From contig OZ024740.1 of the NCBI GenBank assembly GCA_964016885.1, positions 210,242,001 to 210,306,000 of the forward strand: a stretch of 64,000 nucleotides of DNA, given 5' to 3'. Numbering within the stretch: position 1 is the stretch's first letter; every line of letters begins with the position of its first letter. Positions 37,784 through 50,658 of the stretch are shown here, in pieces. The DNA is from Eledone cirrhosa (lineage: Eukaryota). The notes under the pieces were generated by a model, which saw only the letters and a program-made list of their open reading frames with translations, had not been told where the DNA came from and did not search any database. The position numbers and the translations under genes are program-made.

Positions 37784-39087
37784 CAGGGTGGGGCATAATT
37801 CCTGTTACAAAGTTTTAAATCAATTTAAAAATACATTATGTTGCTAATATAACTAATATATTTGTATCAAATCCATGCACTATAACCATATTAACTATTT
37901 TTCAGAACAATACGCCATTAACAATTTGCAATGTCCATAGAATTGAAAAGAAAGTTCATAATAGAGAAGCATGAAAAAGGCCTGACTCCACCCAAGATAT
38001 TTAAACTAGGGGAAATTCTTAAGATCAATAGAATGTTGATCAAAAGGACAATCGATCGATTTAAGGAAACTTCCTCGATCAAAGACAGACCTCGATCCAG
38101 ACGCCCTCGCACCTAAAGAACACCAAAACTCGTTAAAAGTGTGAGGGAAAAAATAAGGCGTAATCCAAGAAGGTCCATGAGAAAAATGGCAGAAGAAGCA
38201 GAAACATCGCCGAGAACTATGCGGAGGATATGTCGAGATGATCTTGGGATGTCACCCTATAAGTTCCAAAAGAGGGAGCTTCTTTCTGCAGCCACAATTG
38301 AAAAGAGGCTCTCCGGAAGTAAACTGTTATTGAACTGTATCAAGGATGGCACGCTGCAAAACATCATCTTTACAGATGAGAAGTTATTCACTGTGCAGCA
38401 GTCTCACAATCATCAAAGTGATCGAGTACTTGCAAAAAGTCTCAAATCAATTCCTTCAAGTGTAGGAAAAGTGTTCAGAACACAGAAACCAGCATCAGTG
38501 ATGATTTGGGCAGCCATTTCTGAAAGAGGTAAGTCTCCTCTGATTTTTGTGCCTCAAGGAGTTAAAATTAACAAAGAACTTTGCATAAAGGATATTTTGG
38601 AAGGAGCACTGATGCCATGGTGCATATCTGTTTTTGGCGATGACATTTGGACTCTCCAACAAGATGGAGCGACGAGCCACACTGCTTGCATAACACAACA
38701 GTGGTGTAGAGACCATTGTTCTGCATGGATCAGTAAGGAAGAGTGGCCTCCCACATCACCAGATCTCAACCCTCTCGATTTTTCTTTATGGCCAATTCTT
38801 GAGAGTGAAACCTGCTCTACTCCTAGCCAAAATATTGAAACTCTAAAATCAAAACTGAATAAAGTATGGGAGAAAATAACCATGGAAACTGTTCGTGCAG
38901 TCATCGAAGACTTTCCTAGAAGACTTCCAGCGGTGGTGAGAGTTAGAGGAAAGCATTTCGAATACATTTTTGTGCAGTTGTTTAATAGTATATTACTTAC
39001 TATTTGTTGAAGTCAGATCTTGAAATAAATGTTTTTTTCAAGAACTATTTGCATTTTATTTTGTAACAATTTTTATACCCCACCCTG
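37784..39087 (+). mobile_element. Full-length Tc1/mariner DNA transposon, DD37D (maT) family, 1304 bp
   Basis: ~28-bp imperfect TIRs CAGGGTGGGG...TGTTACAAA, TA duplicated at 37782-37783 and 39088-39089, transposase inside. Confidence 0.95.
37931..39010 (+). pseudogene. DD37D transposase with one in-frame stop (38114-38116)
   Basis: ORFs 37931..38116 and 38141..39010 are in the same frame. Motifs are FTDEK, QQDGATSH and WPPTSPDLNPLD, with 37 residues between the second and third Asp. Confidence 0.92.
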
Positions 39088-40311
39088 TACAATATAGATT
39101 AGGGTCGTTTAGACAGACCAGGAGAATGCTAACCTAGCAGGCTGACCATTGTGCGTATAACAGATGGATTGGTTACAGAAACCCTGACGTCACATGGCGC
39201 CATTCCAGAACAGGCCTTCCACTGCTCATTCTTTCTATGACACATCCAATGGTACGAGCAGAAAGATAGAAAAATAAAAATAAAGAGCGAAATAAAAGTT
39301 ACATTTTGTCATTGTTTTTGTTTTGATGTTTGAATGAAATAACGCTGTTATCAGAAAATTATAATTAAAAAGAGAAAACGATATGTATTTAAACTACTAA
39401 TGCCGAAATATATTTATATCAAATCCTACACATTCTAAGATTAAGTTAGAATCATTAAGGAAATTCAGTGTTCTTAGACTAAATTTACCATTTAGAATTC
39501 CACGTCTTAGAATTTCATGTCTAAGAATTTTGTTTTATCGATGATACTTAAGAGTGAAAGATATTTAACTTGTTTTGATTTATAAAAGGGAAAATATTCT
39601 TAACTAAAGAGATAACATTCCAACAGATAGCGCCATAAATCAAAGTTCCTCTCTGTGTGTAGTCACTCTCCCCCCCCCTCTCTCTCCATCTCTCTCTCTA
39701 TCATGCTTTCTCCACTTCTCTGTATATTTCTTGTTCTTCCCTTGGTACATAGTTCCTTTCTAATGAATATCATATTCTTATAATCTTAGTTTTTAACCCG
39801 GCTTAGCACTGCCTTTAGTGAAGTTCAGTCTGTTGTTATCATTCGGACTAAATTTCCAGTTTCCCTGCCGCCCACGATTTTCTTGCTGATGTTCAATCTG
39901 GGTAACGGTTACATCAATCTCGCCAGTCCGAAAGGGCCCGCAAGGGTCATGAGTACTGTCACTTCTACTTTGAAAAACTCTTAAAATACTTTTCCTTGAA
40001 CACACACACACAGACCCACACACCCACACGTATATATATATATATGTGTGTGTCGGTGTGTATATAAACGTTATTAATTAACAAGTAAATACTCCGCATT
40101 AATAACAATTTCCTTGATTGAACATAGTACATTCTCATCTGTATCCAGGCAAATAAAATATCTTGTAAGCCAGTGAGACCTGCTACTGTATAGTCTTATA
40201 GGTCAATTTAATTATGGAATCGTAGCGACGTTCTAACCCTAATTCATTCATTCCGTGTAGACTATATCATTAAAGTTTTAGCACCTTTTTAAAATTAATT
40301 ATCAGCTGAGT

Positions 40312-40835
40312 GTGGACACAAGTTGGCCGAAGGGTTAAGAAGTTTGCTTCAGAATCATCATGTCGTTTGTTTTATCCCACTTTATAGCATCTTTGGCAAG
40401 TGTCACTTACCATAACCTCGAGTCGATCCAACCCTAGGTGTGAAATTGTGTTGACGGAAATTGATTGGAAGCCGGTTGGATAAAACTGTAGATGTAATTC
40501 AAAAGGGCCTGCCTTATCACACACACTGTTTCATACTGTATCTCCCAGAGAATTACGTTAAGGGTACACGTGTGTGTAGAATTCTCACCCACTTCAGACC
40601 TGCCAACCTCTAAAAACCCAAATGGAGTGTACCATGAAAAAAAGTGCCCTAAAACTGGGAGAAATGAGGCAAAATGGGGAGATTTTACATAATGAAAGCT
40701 ATACCCATTTCCACAAGAGAAGACATCTCTCACCCATCCCAAAGTGGGTGGGAGGTCTGCACTTAATTTCAAGAGCAGGCTGTTCCGTTGATGAAATAAC
40801 GGAAACACTCATCCTCGAATCCGACAGAGATCCAT
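40312..40835 (+). mobile_element. tRNA-headed SINE sequence (family B/composite) interrupted by a MITE
   Basis: GAGAATTACGTTAAGGGTACACGTG...GAGCAGGCTGTTCCGTTG is homologous to the uninterrupted copy at 49740-49860. Confidence 0.7.
40595..40759 (+). mobile_element. 165-bp hAT-like MITE, copy 1
   Basis: Ends CAGACCTGCCAAC / GTGGGAGGTCTG. Reverse-complement homolog of 48862-49032. CACTT lies on both flanks. Confidence 0.85.
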
Positions 40836-41429
40836 TCCATAGAATCTTCTGCCATCTGCAAGAAGGCAAGAAGTGATTTAGATTCTTTTGTAACACTACA
40901 ACAGAATTCATTTCCTTTCTTCATGTAGAATTGGGTTAATAGAAGTTCTGGATATTGTTTTGTGTCCGAAAAGAATTTCAGACACCGCCAAAACCGGCTT
41001 TAAGAGGTGCGGGTCTCAATTGGAAGCAATTTGTCCAATTGACTTGACAGGAAAGTAAAAGTTAGTAAAGAGGAAGACATTATTACCGTTGCCCATAGTT
41101 TACTTCCGGTGTGAATATTTTCAGACAATGTCGGTATCTCTCCATGAATCAATCAATTGCCGCAGTTAGTAAATCCATAATAAGATCGAAACATATCCGA
41201 AATTGTCTCATTAAAATAATATAAGACATTGGTCTAGTGTTGTCTTTTCCTTGTCGCATAAATATTTATAATTAGGTTTTGAATGTTCACTGCATTAAAC
41301 ATGTTAATACAAACGCAGCTATTATTTTATGTGGGTGGCGCCTTTGAGTGAATTATTTTTACTAGAATTATAAAGTGAATTATAATGACTAGAGATGTCT
41401 CCTATGCTTAATGAAATTATTAAAATAAC

Positions 41430-41612
41430 TGTTTCCACTTTAGGCACAAGGCCAGCAATTACCCAGTGCATTACTGGTACTTTATTTTATCGACCCCGTA
41501 AGGATGAAAGGCAAAGTCAACCTCGGCGGGATTTGAACTCAGATCGTAAAGGGACGTAACTATGCTGGAAAGCATGGCGTCCGACTCTCTACCGATACTG
41601 CCAATCCACGGC
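41430..41612 (-). mobile_element. SINE (family A, short subfamily)
   Basis: Close reverse complement of 42047-42238. Confidence 0.85.
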
Positions 41613-41806
41613 CTGGCCACGACTGGAATGCCTCTGAGCTCAGGTTTGCTCGACATGTGTTTGCCAGGTACGAAACAAAAACAACTACATACTTTGACAA
41701 TCATAAAAACAGCAAAGATATTTGGAAAGCTATGAACTTCATTATTTTAGTTTCTTACAGATATCAGTACATTTTACACGTTTCAATCAACTTTATATTG
41801 ACTTCT

Positions 41807-41995
41807 TATAGGCACAAGAAACTTGGCGGAAGGTAACAGTCCAATATATATCTACCCTAGTAGTTGACTGGTACTTTATTTATGGATCTTGTAAGAATAA
41901 CCAACAAAGTTATCCTCAGTGGGATTTGAGCTCAAATTGCAAAGAACCGGAACAAATGCTACAGCAATTCTTCCAAACAACCTCAAGCTTAAACG
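41807..41995 (-). mobile_element. Degenerate SINE (family A)
   Basis: Contains GACTGGTACTTTATTTATGGATC...GGATTTGAGCTCA. Confidence 0.6.
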
Positions 41996-42046
41996 TTCCA
42001 AGCCAACCAACCAGCCAGCCAGCCAGCCAACGTTATTTATGCTTTT

Positions 42047-42238
42047 AGGGCGGTGGATTGGCAGTATCGGCAAAGGTCGGACGCCATGCTTTGAAGCATA
42101 GAGTTACCTCCCTTTATGTTCTGAGTTCAAATCCCGCCGAGGTTAACTTTGCCTTTCATCCTTATGGGGTCGATAAAATAAAGTACCAGTAATGCACTGG
42201 GATAATTGTTGACCTTGTGCCAAAAGTAGAAACAGTTA
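42047..42238 (+). mobile_element. SINE (family A, short subfamily)
   Basis: Head GGCGGTGGATTGGCAG, B-box-like GAGTTCAAATCC, core, and tail CCTTGTGCCAAAAGTAGAAAC. Confidence 0.85.
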
Positions 42239-43529
42239 TTTATGCTTTTATTCCCAATTAAATGAATAAAAAAAAAACTATTATAAGTAGAATAGTTCTG
42301 ATTAGGAGAAAGCCATTAATTTAAGGCTAACTTCAGGAATAATATTACAAATAAAATGAAACAAATGTATTTTCCTATGTTGAAAGGAAATTTTCACAGA
42401 GAATGTTTTTCTCAAGCTCGAAGGTTGTAGAGTGTTCAATTTCTCTTTTTACCTCTCTCATAAATAACTTTGCCCATCTATCTTCTTTCCCGACTTTATC
42501 ATTTCACTCAGATCGCTCTTACCCCCACCTCTCTCTTTCTCTCCATTTTTTTCTTTCTGCTCACTAACACCTATCCTCTTCATTCTTTATCATTTCACAC
42601 AGAACGTTCCCCATCCAGCCGTAGGGTCAGATTAAGATAGTGCGCTGCCCGTAGCATATGTTATAAAGGTGTTCTACGTAAATTAAAAACGTAGCTATTT
42701 CATCGAATTATAATTATTTTTATGAAGCCAGCTGAATATTTGAGGAACCAATGTAGGGGGGTCACACAAGCAGGTCACCATTGGTTTGATATATTAGTTT
42801 TCTATGGCAATCCAACTGCATATTTGAAGGACCAATTTATATAGATCAGTTAAGACAAAGAAGGAACGAATTGAAATCAATACAAGGACTCCACTATTAT
42901 TTTACTTAAAAGCTTCACGTTTACCTGACAGGCGATGTCTTCTGTACATTGAACTTTTAACATTCAATGCAACATAAAACCCTATTAATCCAACATTCCT
43001 GAAAAGTATAAAACAACACTACAACTGTATCACTTTAGAAATTCTTTTTACTCGATCTTACTGCAAATTTTCATAAAGATCTAAAGATCTATCTATAAAC
43101 ATTTGAATTGATAAACCTGTTTTTAGATATTTTCTGCAAAATAATCACAGGGTGTTAAGAGTTAAAAAGTGAACCCTGGAAGCCGATGGCTTAGACGCAG
43201 TACATCATGGGACGAATATAGACAGGTGGATCCCCCCCTCCATTTATAGATACTGATTTCGTTTGAAATCAAACTTAAAAACACAAAAACTGAATATTGT
43301 AATATTTTGCAAATTCACTGACACTTAAGCAACTAAAATAGTTAAATATTCTCTCCTGACACACAACCCTAAGAATTTATTTTGTGTGTGATTTAATTAT
43401 ATTGCTGAAAAAGTGATTATATTAATTTAAACTTATCTGTACTATGATTTTGCTGAACGGAAAAATGAAAAAGCAGACACTGAACACAATAAGATACTTT
43501 TTACCTGTTTGAAAATTTAGTAAATTTTT

Positions 43530-43731
43530 ATTATTATGGAGTTCTCGTGTGGGAGAACCGCAGACAACGAGTAATTTACAACGGTTTTGAAAGCTGTATT
43601 CGTTAAAAACACATTAAATATCATAGGAAAACCACCTTATAAATTCTAACCGAACGTATAAACTAACTACTACTGAAATTAAAAAAACAAATTACTGTTA
43701 CATCTGTCTCGGAGACAGGTGTAATAATAAA
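43530..43731. mobile_element. Palindrome-ended small element, copy with the left palindrome lost
   Basis: Homologous to 44050-44250. Ends TTACATCTGTCTC-G-GAGACAGGTGTAATAATAA. Confidence 0.65.
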
Positions 43732-44020
43732 TTTATCAGAAAACCTGGTGTCAAAAATATATTGATAATAGTCTGGTTTGTTTAACTGATCTTATGATAA
43801 ACATGAGTAAGTTCAATTGTTGTATGGCGAGTTTATTGCTTAAAATAGAGAAATAGAATAGTAAATATACGACAAAAATAAAGTCTGTCCATTTACTATT
43901 ACAATTCAATTTTATTATTGAAATATTTTAAATGTAAAATGTGTAGTATCTCGGGATTATTTCGAGCACTGTATAAATTTTCAACGCTCAGTTGTTTATA
44001 AAAGTTGATAGCAGTATATT

Positions 44021-44253
44021 TTTATTATTACACCCGTCTCGGGGACGGATGTTATGGAGTTCTCTAGTGGTAGAACCACAGAAACGAGTAATTTATAGCG
44101 GATTTGAAGGGCATATTTGTTCAAAACACATCAACATTCATAAGAAAAACTCAAATTTGACCTTCAAAATTATAACCAAAACCTATAAAAAAACACATAA
44201 ATAAAAAAGAAATTAGAATTACACCCGTCTCGGAAACGTGTGCAATAATAAAA
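44021..44253. mobile_element. ~230-bp element with a palindrome at each end (MITE or HINE/DINE-1-like)
   Basis: Left end TTTATTATTACACCCGTCTCGGGGACGGATGT; right end TTACACCCGTCTCGGAAACGTGTGCAATAATAAA. Confidence 0.7.
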
Positions 44254-44687
44254 ATGTACCATAAAACATTTAGTGCGGCTGCCTGTAGAGTATGTTACTA
44301 GGGTAACCCGGCGCCGATCATTCAGTGATTATGTCATTTTTTTTTTTCAGTACACAATTTTGTTAGTAGGTGGTTGTAAGAATATAACATTTCAGTTGAT
44401 AAAATTTACTGTAATGTCATGACAGCTTCTGGGGGAGATGTTTGATAAAAGTTGGTAATTAAAGAAAAATATTGGTACTAAAAAAATGTAAATGTGTGCA
44501 AATTCATAAAATAAATTATCCGTAAAATTACGAATTCATAAAGCTTAAATGGTGGAAGTGAAAGAGGGTTACTTAATTTATCTGTAATATGAAATATAAT
44601 AATATGGAAATAAAGTTAAATAAAAAAGAAACCGTATCTGTATAAGAAGCAATTTTAACGGTAATTATATCATTACATTTTTCCTTT

Positions 44688-44838
44688 ATGATCTGAGTTC
44701 AAATCCTGCTGAGGTTAACTTTGCCTTTTATCCTTACGGGGTGGATAAAATAAAGTACCAGTCACGCACTGGGATCGATTTAATCGACTTTCCCCATCCC
44801 CTAAATTGCTGGCCTTGTGTCTATATAAGAAACCATTA
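44688..44838 (+). mobile_element. SINE (family A), 5'-truncated
   Basis: CTGAGTTCAAATCCTGCTGAGGTTAACTTTGCC core and tail. Confidence 0.8.
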
Positions 44839-45126
44839 TATCATTACATTTTGAGCTTTCGTGTAAATTAAACACATAATCTAAAGGGTTGCCAAGGTAT
44901 TTAGGTGCAGTGTAACAGTAATTCGGGGTTAATTTCACACATTCAGAAAATAAATTGTATATTTCTCTAAGTTTCACATTGTATGTATGTATATGTATAT
45001 ATCATTCCGTAACTCGTGATAGAGCCGTAGGGGCGCCGTATTGACATACAGTGTTTCTTGGGCATGTTCAGACTGGCGGAGCCCTTCCCTCTCCAGGCCT
45101 AAGTACAGCAAATTTCTTCCAGAGAA

Positions 45127-45210
<84 letters not shown>

Positions 45211-45267
45211 AGAGGAGGGGAGGGAAGAGAGAGAGAAAGAGGGGAAATGAGAAAGTGATATAGAGGA

Positions 45268-45426
45268 AGAATCGACCCAGTACTAGACTGGTACTTTTTT
45301 ATCGACCTCGTAAGGATGAAAGGCAAAGTTGACCTCGGCGGGATTTTAACTCAGAAAGTAGAGAGCCGGAAGGAATACCATAAAGCATTCTATCCGACGT
45401 TCTAACGACTCTGCCAATTCGCCACC
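45268..45426 (-). mobile_element. SINE (family A)
   Basis: GGATGAAAGGCAAAGTTGACCTCGGCGGGATTT is the core on the minus strand. Confidence 0.8.
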
Positions 45427-46020
45427 ATAGGTTTCACATGGCAAATACCGAAATGTAGCAGTGAGTTCTCAGTAAAGAGAATCAACTACTTGGCTTTAAT
45501 TCCAAGCTAGCAATGTGATGTTAAACCTTCGTCTCTAATGGTTTGAATTTCGGTGAATTTTTTTTTTTTTTCTTTTAATATAAAATATTGGTTTTCATTG
45601 ATAAGACACTAGGATATGGCTTCTTTGTTTGATAGAATTTAGGATATTACCGGTAGTTATTTCATTGCCCCTGGGAAAAACGAAATTTTTTAATTCTGTA
45701 TTTAAGGCAGTTACTTTGATGCTTTATCATTTCCGTCGGTCTATCGTCAAAGGAGCTCCCTCACCAGGCACGTAAATCTTAAACAAAAGGGGGATAAATG
45801 AAAAACTATGACTGCCATGCCTTTTTATAAGACATATTAGCTAAGTTAAATTAAATAGCCACCACCATAAATCTAAGTGGAGTTTCAATTTTGTTCCACC
45901 CCATGAAGGAATTTTCAGAACCAGAATTATCCCAAGAGTATATGCTTGCCATATTAACTAATCTTTGCTTTATTATTTAACACAGTGTCACGCCATGTGT
46001 CTCGTGTGATTTAATTAATA

Positions 46021-46189
<169 letters not shown>

Positions 46190-46922
46190 CTTATAACTAT
46201 CCGCTGAATGTTCCTTAGATGGGTATGGAGAAAATAAAAAATAATAAAATTGAGACTATAAAATCACACCAACGAGGGTGGATGGCATTCGGCGCCTCTC
46301 CCTCCAACTGGAATCTAGAAGATTTATAATACTGCTTTATTGAACAGCGATTTATTGCTGTTTAACTTAATTTGACACTGACAAGACCAGCTGGGCTTAT
46401 GGGATGAGGAAGTAACAGGAATTTAACTTGAAATATTTTACCTCGTGACCAAGACATTTGCTGAAAACATTAATAGAAAAGAGATATAGAAACTAGTGGT
46501 ACGCTAAAGTCCGCGAGACAGTGGTTGGATGAGGGGTGGACACTATACCTCCCATTCCGCGAGGAATTAAAAAATAGGAAAACTCCACCTTCTGCGTATT
46601 TCACCCCATTTACACTTCTGATTGAAAAAAAATGAGAAATATTTCAAAGTCGCATAAAATTTATTAAAAAAATACAACAAACATCAGGTTTTCTCTAATC
46701 TGATACACAAAGTATTCTCGAATACACACACACATAAAACAGTTGTAATCGTTGTTGATGAAGAAGAATGGTGACACTTAAAAAATAAAGTAATATATAA
46801 GTACTAAAACATTCCAAGATGGCTGATAGGATACGCGGGTGTTTTTTTCTCAAAGAATGTTTTTCCGTTCCTTCCTCTTCTCACTCTATATCTTTCTATT
46901 TCATCTTTTATTTCTCATTCTA

Positions 46923-46958
46923 TCTTCTGATGAAGGACTAGTATCGGAAACGCAAAGA
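46923..46958 (+). ncRNA. Degenerate minimal hammerhead (PLE pseudo-LTR relic)
   Basis: TCTT-CTGATGA-AGGACTAGTATCG-GAAAC-GCA-AAGA. Stem I TCTT/AAGA is intact, the cleavage triplet is mutated (GCA) and stem II is weak. Confidence 0.45.
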
Positions 46959-48039
46959 CTCTTTTCCTATAATATCAAGCGTTAAACTAATATATTTCTT
47001 CATTGTACTGTCGTTTGCTTTGTTATTTCTGAATTTCTGTTTACTTTTTGCATATATAAATGTTCTACTTCAAATTGCTTTGCTAGGTATTATAACATAA
47101 GAAATAAAACACCCCAGTTTTCACACAATAACGGAGAGAAATGTGCGAGAATTTATTAAGGTTTAATATATATCATAGGTCTTGCTTAGTCAATACTTGT
47201 AAATTAGGATTAGATATTGTAACTTAATAGAGAACAGATACCTTATGTGACATCTTAAGGGAGAATAAAGTTTTGTAACAATAGGCTACGTATCATATTA
47301 TTGGGCGGGTTCGAGTGAAATCTTTAAACTGATGTAAATAATTCGTTGGTGAGATATTAACGGTGGTTCGAGTGTTAGTGTTTTAAGGCTTTTAGAAATT
47401 ATAACAAAAGAAATCACTTTTGAAGGTCAGCGTATTGAGGCCAAGGAATTAAAACCTTCAGTATCATATCAGAAACTGACACTAAGTGAGAAATCCGCAG
47501 CTGTTAATTCAACACCAAGGCTAGCTGATAGTTAAAGATAAGAGAACAGGGTTAGATAAATTTAATAGTAAAATGCTCCCACCCAATTTTCACCTATCAC
47601 CTAGTGTGCCACTATGAATTTCGTTCTATATTTTATACGTAGTTATTTTTTTAATCTTAGAAAATAATTAACATTGTTAATAAAAATATGAAGGATATTA
47701 TTCAGATAATTAACGACTTACGATTGAAATAATGTTTAATTGTACAAATAACACACTTTATTTTAGCAGACTGAAATAAAAACAAAAATACAAATGAATC
47801 AACTTCGCAGAGTAAGTAGAAAACTGGGGCATTTGAGCAATACAAACTTAATTTGAAACAACAAAAGTTAATAGACATAATATATGTAAGGACTTGTAAC
47901 TCCTGATGAAGTCGAAGGAGCACCGTCGTGGCATGCGGCGTGTTTTGGGACACTTTAAACCTGGTGGTGCCCATACCCTCTCCAGGTTGAAACATGGCCG
48001 ATTACTTCCAGACAAGAAGAAAGAGATATAGAAGAAGAA

Positions 48040-48128
48040 TCTATCCCAGTACTAGACTGGCACTTATTTTTTATCAACTTCGAAAGAATGAAAGGCAAAT
48101 TTAACCTCGGCGGGATTTGAACTCAAAC
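48040..48128 (-). mobile_element. SINE core fragment (family A)
   Basis: GAATGAAAGGCAAATTTAACCTCGGCGGGATTTGAACTC. Confidence 0.75.
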
Positions 48129-48269
48129 GTAATAAGTTTTGGTGCATCTGTATGATATTATTTTATGTATAATTAAGTGGGGGTTAAAATATTAATATTT
48201 CTAACGGTTCCTTTCCTTTTCTTTTCTTATATTAAGTTAAATAGGTAGAGCATAAATGGAATAGAACCA

Positions 48270-48483
48270 TTTGGAAAGCTTCTACGTGATCGCTAGATCT
48301 GCTAGAAATATCAGCTAAATATCTTTCAAATGGCCCCCAACCGTGTAAAAAGAGAATGAAGAACACATTGAATAATGCAGTCAACTGCATGAGAAAAGAA
48401 AAAGCTAGGATAGTTATGGAGAATATGCTTTTGACCATAGGTCTGCTCGGTCAGGGTTGACCTGCAGCTTAACAACAACAACA
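48270..48483 (+). mobile_element. Retroposon 3' part with (CAA)n tail
   Basis: Ends GGGTTGACCTGCAGCTTAACAACAACAACAAAAA. The family assignment is from recollection only. Confidence 0.45.
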
Positions 48484-48861
48484 AAAAAAAGCAAAAGTCA
48501 AATGTCTATTTCTACACCGTAATGTCTATAAAAGAATAATTTACTAGTGGGAATCATAAAAGTGGGAAATTTGTAATACAATGGATCCGCATCGTGGTGG
48601 GTTTAAATAGTGCGGTTTGGAACGTACGCTGTAGGAAAATATTTAAAAAAAAACTTTATCTATAAAACTCTACTCTTTATTGCTATTCTTTCGGCGCGAT
48701 CTCTCAACCCCCGAGGAATTTGACATTATGCCTCTTCCAAAAGATCTACATACATAGGCACTTTTATATAAATGTCATAAACTTACGCGGTTTTGTAAAA
48801 TGTCAGAGGTGTGTGTGAAGGGGTGGGGGTCAATTGACCACGAAAGATAAAGGCCTATTGT

Positions 48862-49032
48862 CAGACCTGTCAACTCTCCCCGTTGGACGGGGGAGATCTC
48901 CCACCCATTCTTGTGAAAATGGGTATAACTTTCATTATGTAAAATCTTCCCATTTTGTCTCATTTCTCCCCGTTTTGGGGTACTTTTCTTCATGGAACTC
49001 CCCGTTTGGATTTTTAGAGGTTGGCAGGTCTG
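48862..49032 (-). mobile_element. 171-bp hAT-like MITE, copy 2, with 6-bp TSD
   Basis: 13-bp TIRs CAGACCTGTCAAC / GTTGGCAGGTCTG. TATTGT at 48856-48861 and 49033-49038. Confidence 0.9.
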
Positions 49033-49556
49033 TATTGTATTTCATGCCCTTGGCAGAGACATTGACAACACGCGTGAAGTGACGCCAAGTAGCAACAGAC
49101 AGGGAGCTAATATTTTTCTATTTTTGACGAATGTTTGATTTATTCTGAACCCATCTATTAATAATTACAGCTACATCTCTACTAAATTACCTGTAATATA
49201 ACTTATGCTGTAATATAACGTATAGTAAAAAATAAACCACATGGAAACCGATTCTGGAAGCCAGTTTCAATTCACATTTGAAAGTATTTCATGACATTTA
49301 CATCATTCTACTTACATGTTACACCTTTTTGGCATTGAGCATGAACAATCATTTTCCCTTTTCTATGCAAACCTGGCGCTTGTGACTCTTCAAAAAGTAA
49401 TTTATTACATAAATCATTCCTACTAAGATCTTATCTTACCGACAGCTTACCTTCCATACCTACGGATATCAGTTAACCATTATTTAATTACACCATGTGT
49501 TATTAGACAAAGGAAATATATGCTATCATACATACGTATAATTATTTCACCTGAAA

Positions 49557-49872
49557 GTGTGTAGCTTAGTGGTTACATTGTTCGGCTTACGATCCGAAGA
49601 TCCGATTCTCGTTGGCGCGGTGTGTCCTTCAGTAAGATATTTTATTTTACAATGTTCCTGTCCACTCAGCTGACCAATATGAGTTGTACATGACTCAAAT
49701 GGCGAGTCATGTCACATAGTATGTGACCCTGATTCTCCCGAAGAACTACGTTAACAGTACACGTGTCTGTGGAGAGATCAGCCACTTGCCCGTTAATGTA
49801 ATGCGCAGGCTGTTCCGTTGTTCAAACAACTGGAACTCTAGTCGTCGGAACCGACGGAGGTCCTACAACAAC
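49557..49872 (+). mobile_element. tRNA-derived SINE (family B)
   Basis: A-box-like GTAGCTTAGTGG head, body homologous to 40500-40835, ACAACAAC tail. Confidence 0.75.
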
Positions 49873-49985
49873 AGTTATTTCACATATATAAAAAAGAACT
49901 TTCTTTTGATCACTTTTCTATATTTAATATCATCAACAAAGAAATGGTAGCATAACAATAGATATTGCTTCTGTATGTTAGATTT

Positions 49986-50100
49986 AGGCAGCGGATTGAC
50001 AGAGCCAATATTCGTTCCTGCTCACTGTGCTCTGAGTTCAAATCCCACTGAGGCTAACTTTGCATTTCATCCTTTCGTGGTCGATAAATAAAGTACCGGT
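49986..50100 (+). mobile_element. SINE (family A), internally deleted
   Basis: CTGAGTTCAAATCCCACTGAGGCTAACTTTGCATTTCATCCTTTC core. Confidence 0.75.
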
Positions 50101-50658
50101 CTTATAAAATGTGTGTTTATTCTCTCTCTCTCTCTCCATCTATCTATCTATCTATCTCTATCTCTCTCTCAAAATCAACTGCATTCAGACTTGGTGAGGG
50201 ATGTGCTCTTCCAGGTTTAAAATGCCTAATCCCTGATTATTTCATACGAATGAAGCAGTTCTAGTCCTGAAGAAATCAATTCGATCTATGTAATAAATAT
50301 GCCTAAACTTTAACAATGTACTGTATATCTTTTTCAACTGTGGTTAATCCTGACAAAACTCGGGAATCAATATATATATATATATATTTGTTTAGCAAGA
50401 TTCTTTATGTGAAAACGTGTGTTGAAACCGATATTGTTATACTTTGGGAGGGTCATGCTGCCAATAAGAAACACACGCACCAGTTGCTATCACTCCAATT
50501 TATTATAAATTAAATTATAAATTTAAAAATTTATAAATTTCCGGTTGGTTGGTTGGTTCCACAACCGGACGGTTGTTCATATATTGTCAAAGTTCTTTCG
50601 TCACACATTCTGTGACCACTTCAGTGACTGGGGATTCTTTTCTTTGTTTTGTGCCTCT

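Noticed and set aside
38495-38967. Antisense ORFs over the transposase, and likewise over the Rep and PLE genes
   Set aside because: Shadow frames of real coding sequence on the other strand.
42925-42998. Possible 74-bp minus-strand exon (TTTTCAG acceptor, CAG|GTAAAC donor)
   Set aside because: Splice-like signals of this strength occur by chance in 64 kb, the peptide is unrecognisable, and no partner exon was found.
47900-48001. CTGATGA...GAAAC hammerhead-like string
   Set aside because: Stem II does not close next to the core and the cleavage triplet is GCC. At best a dead relic.
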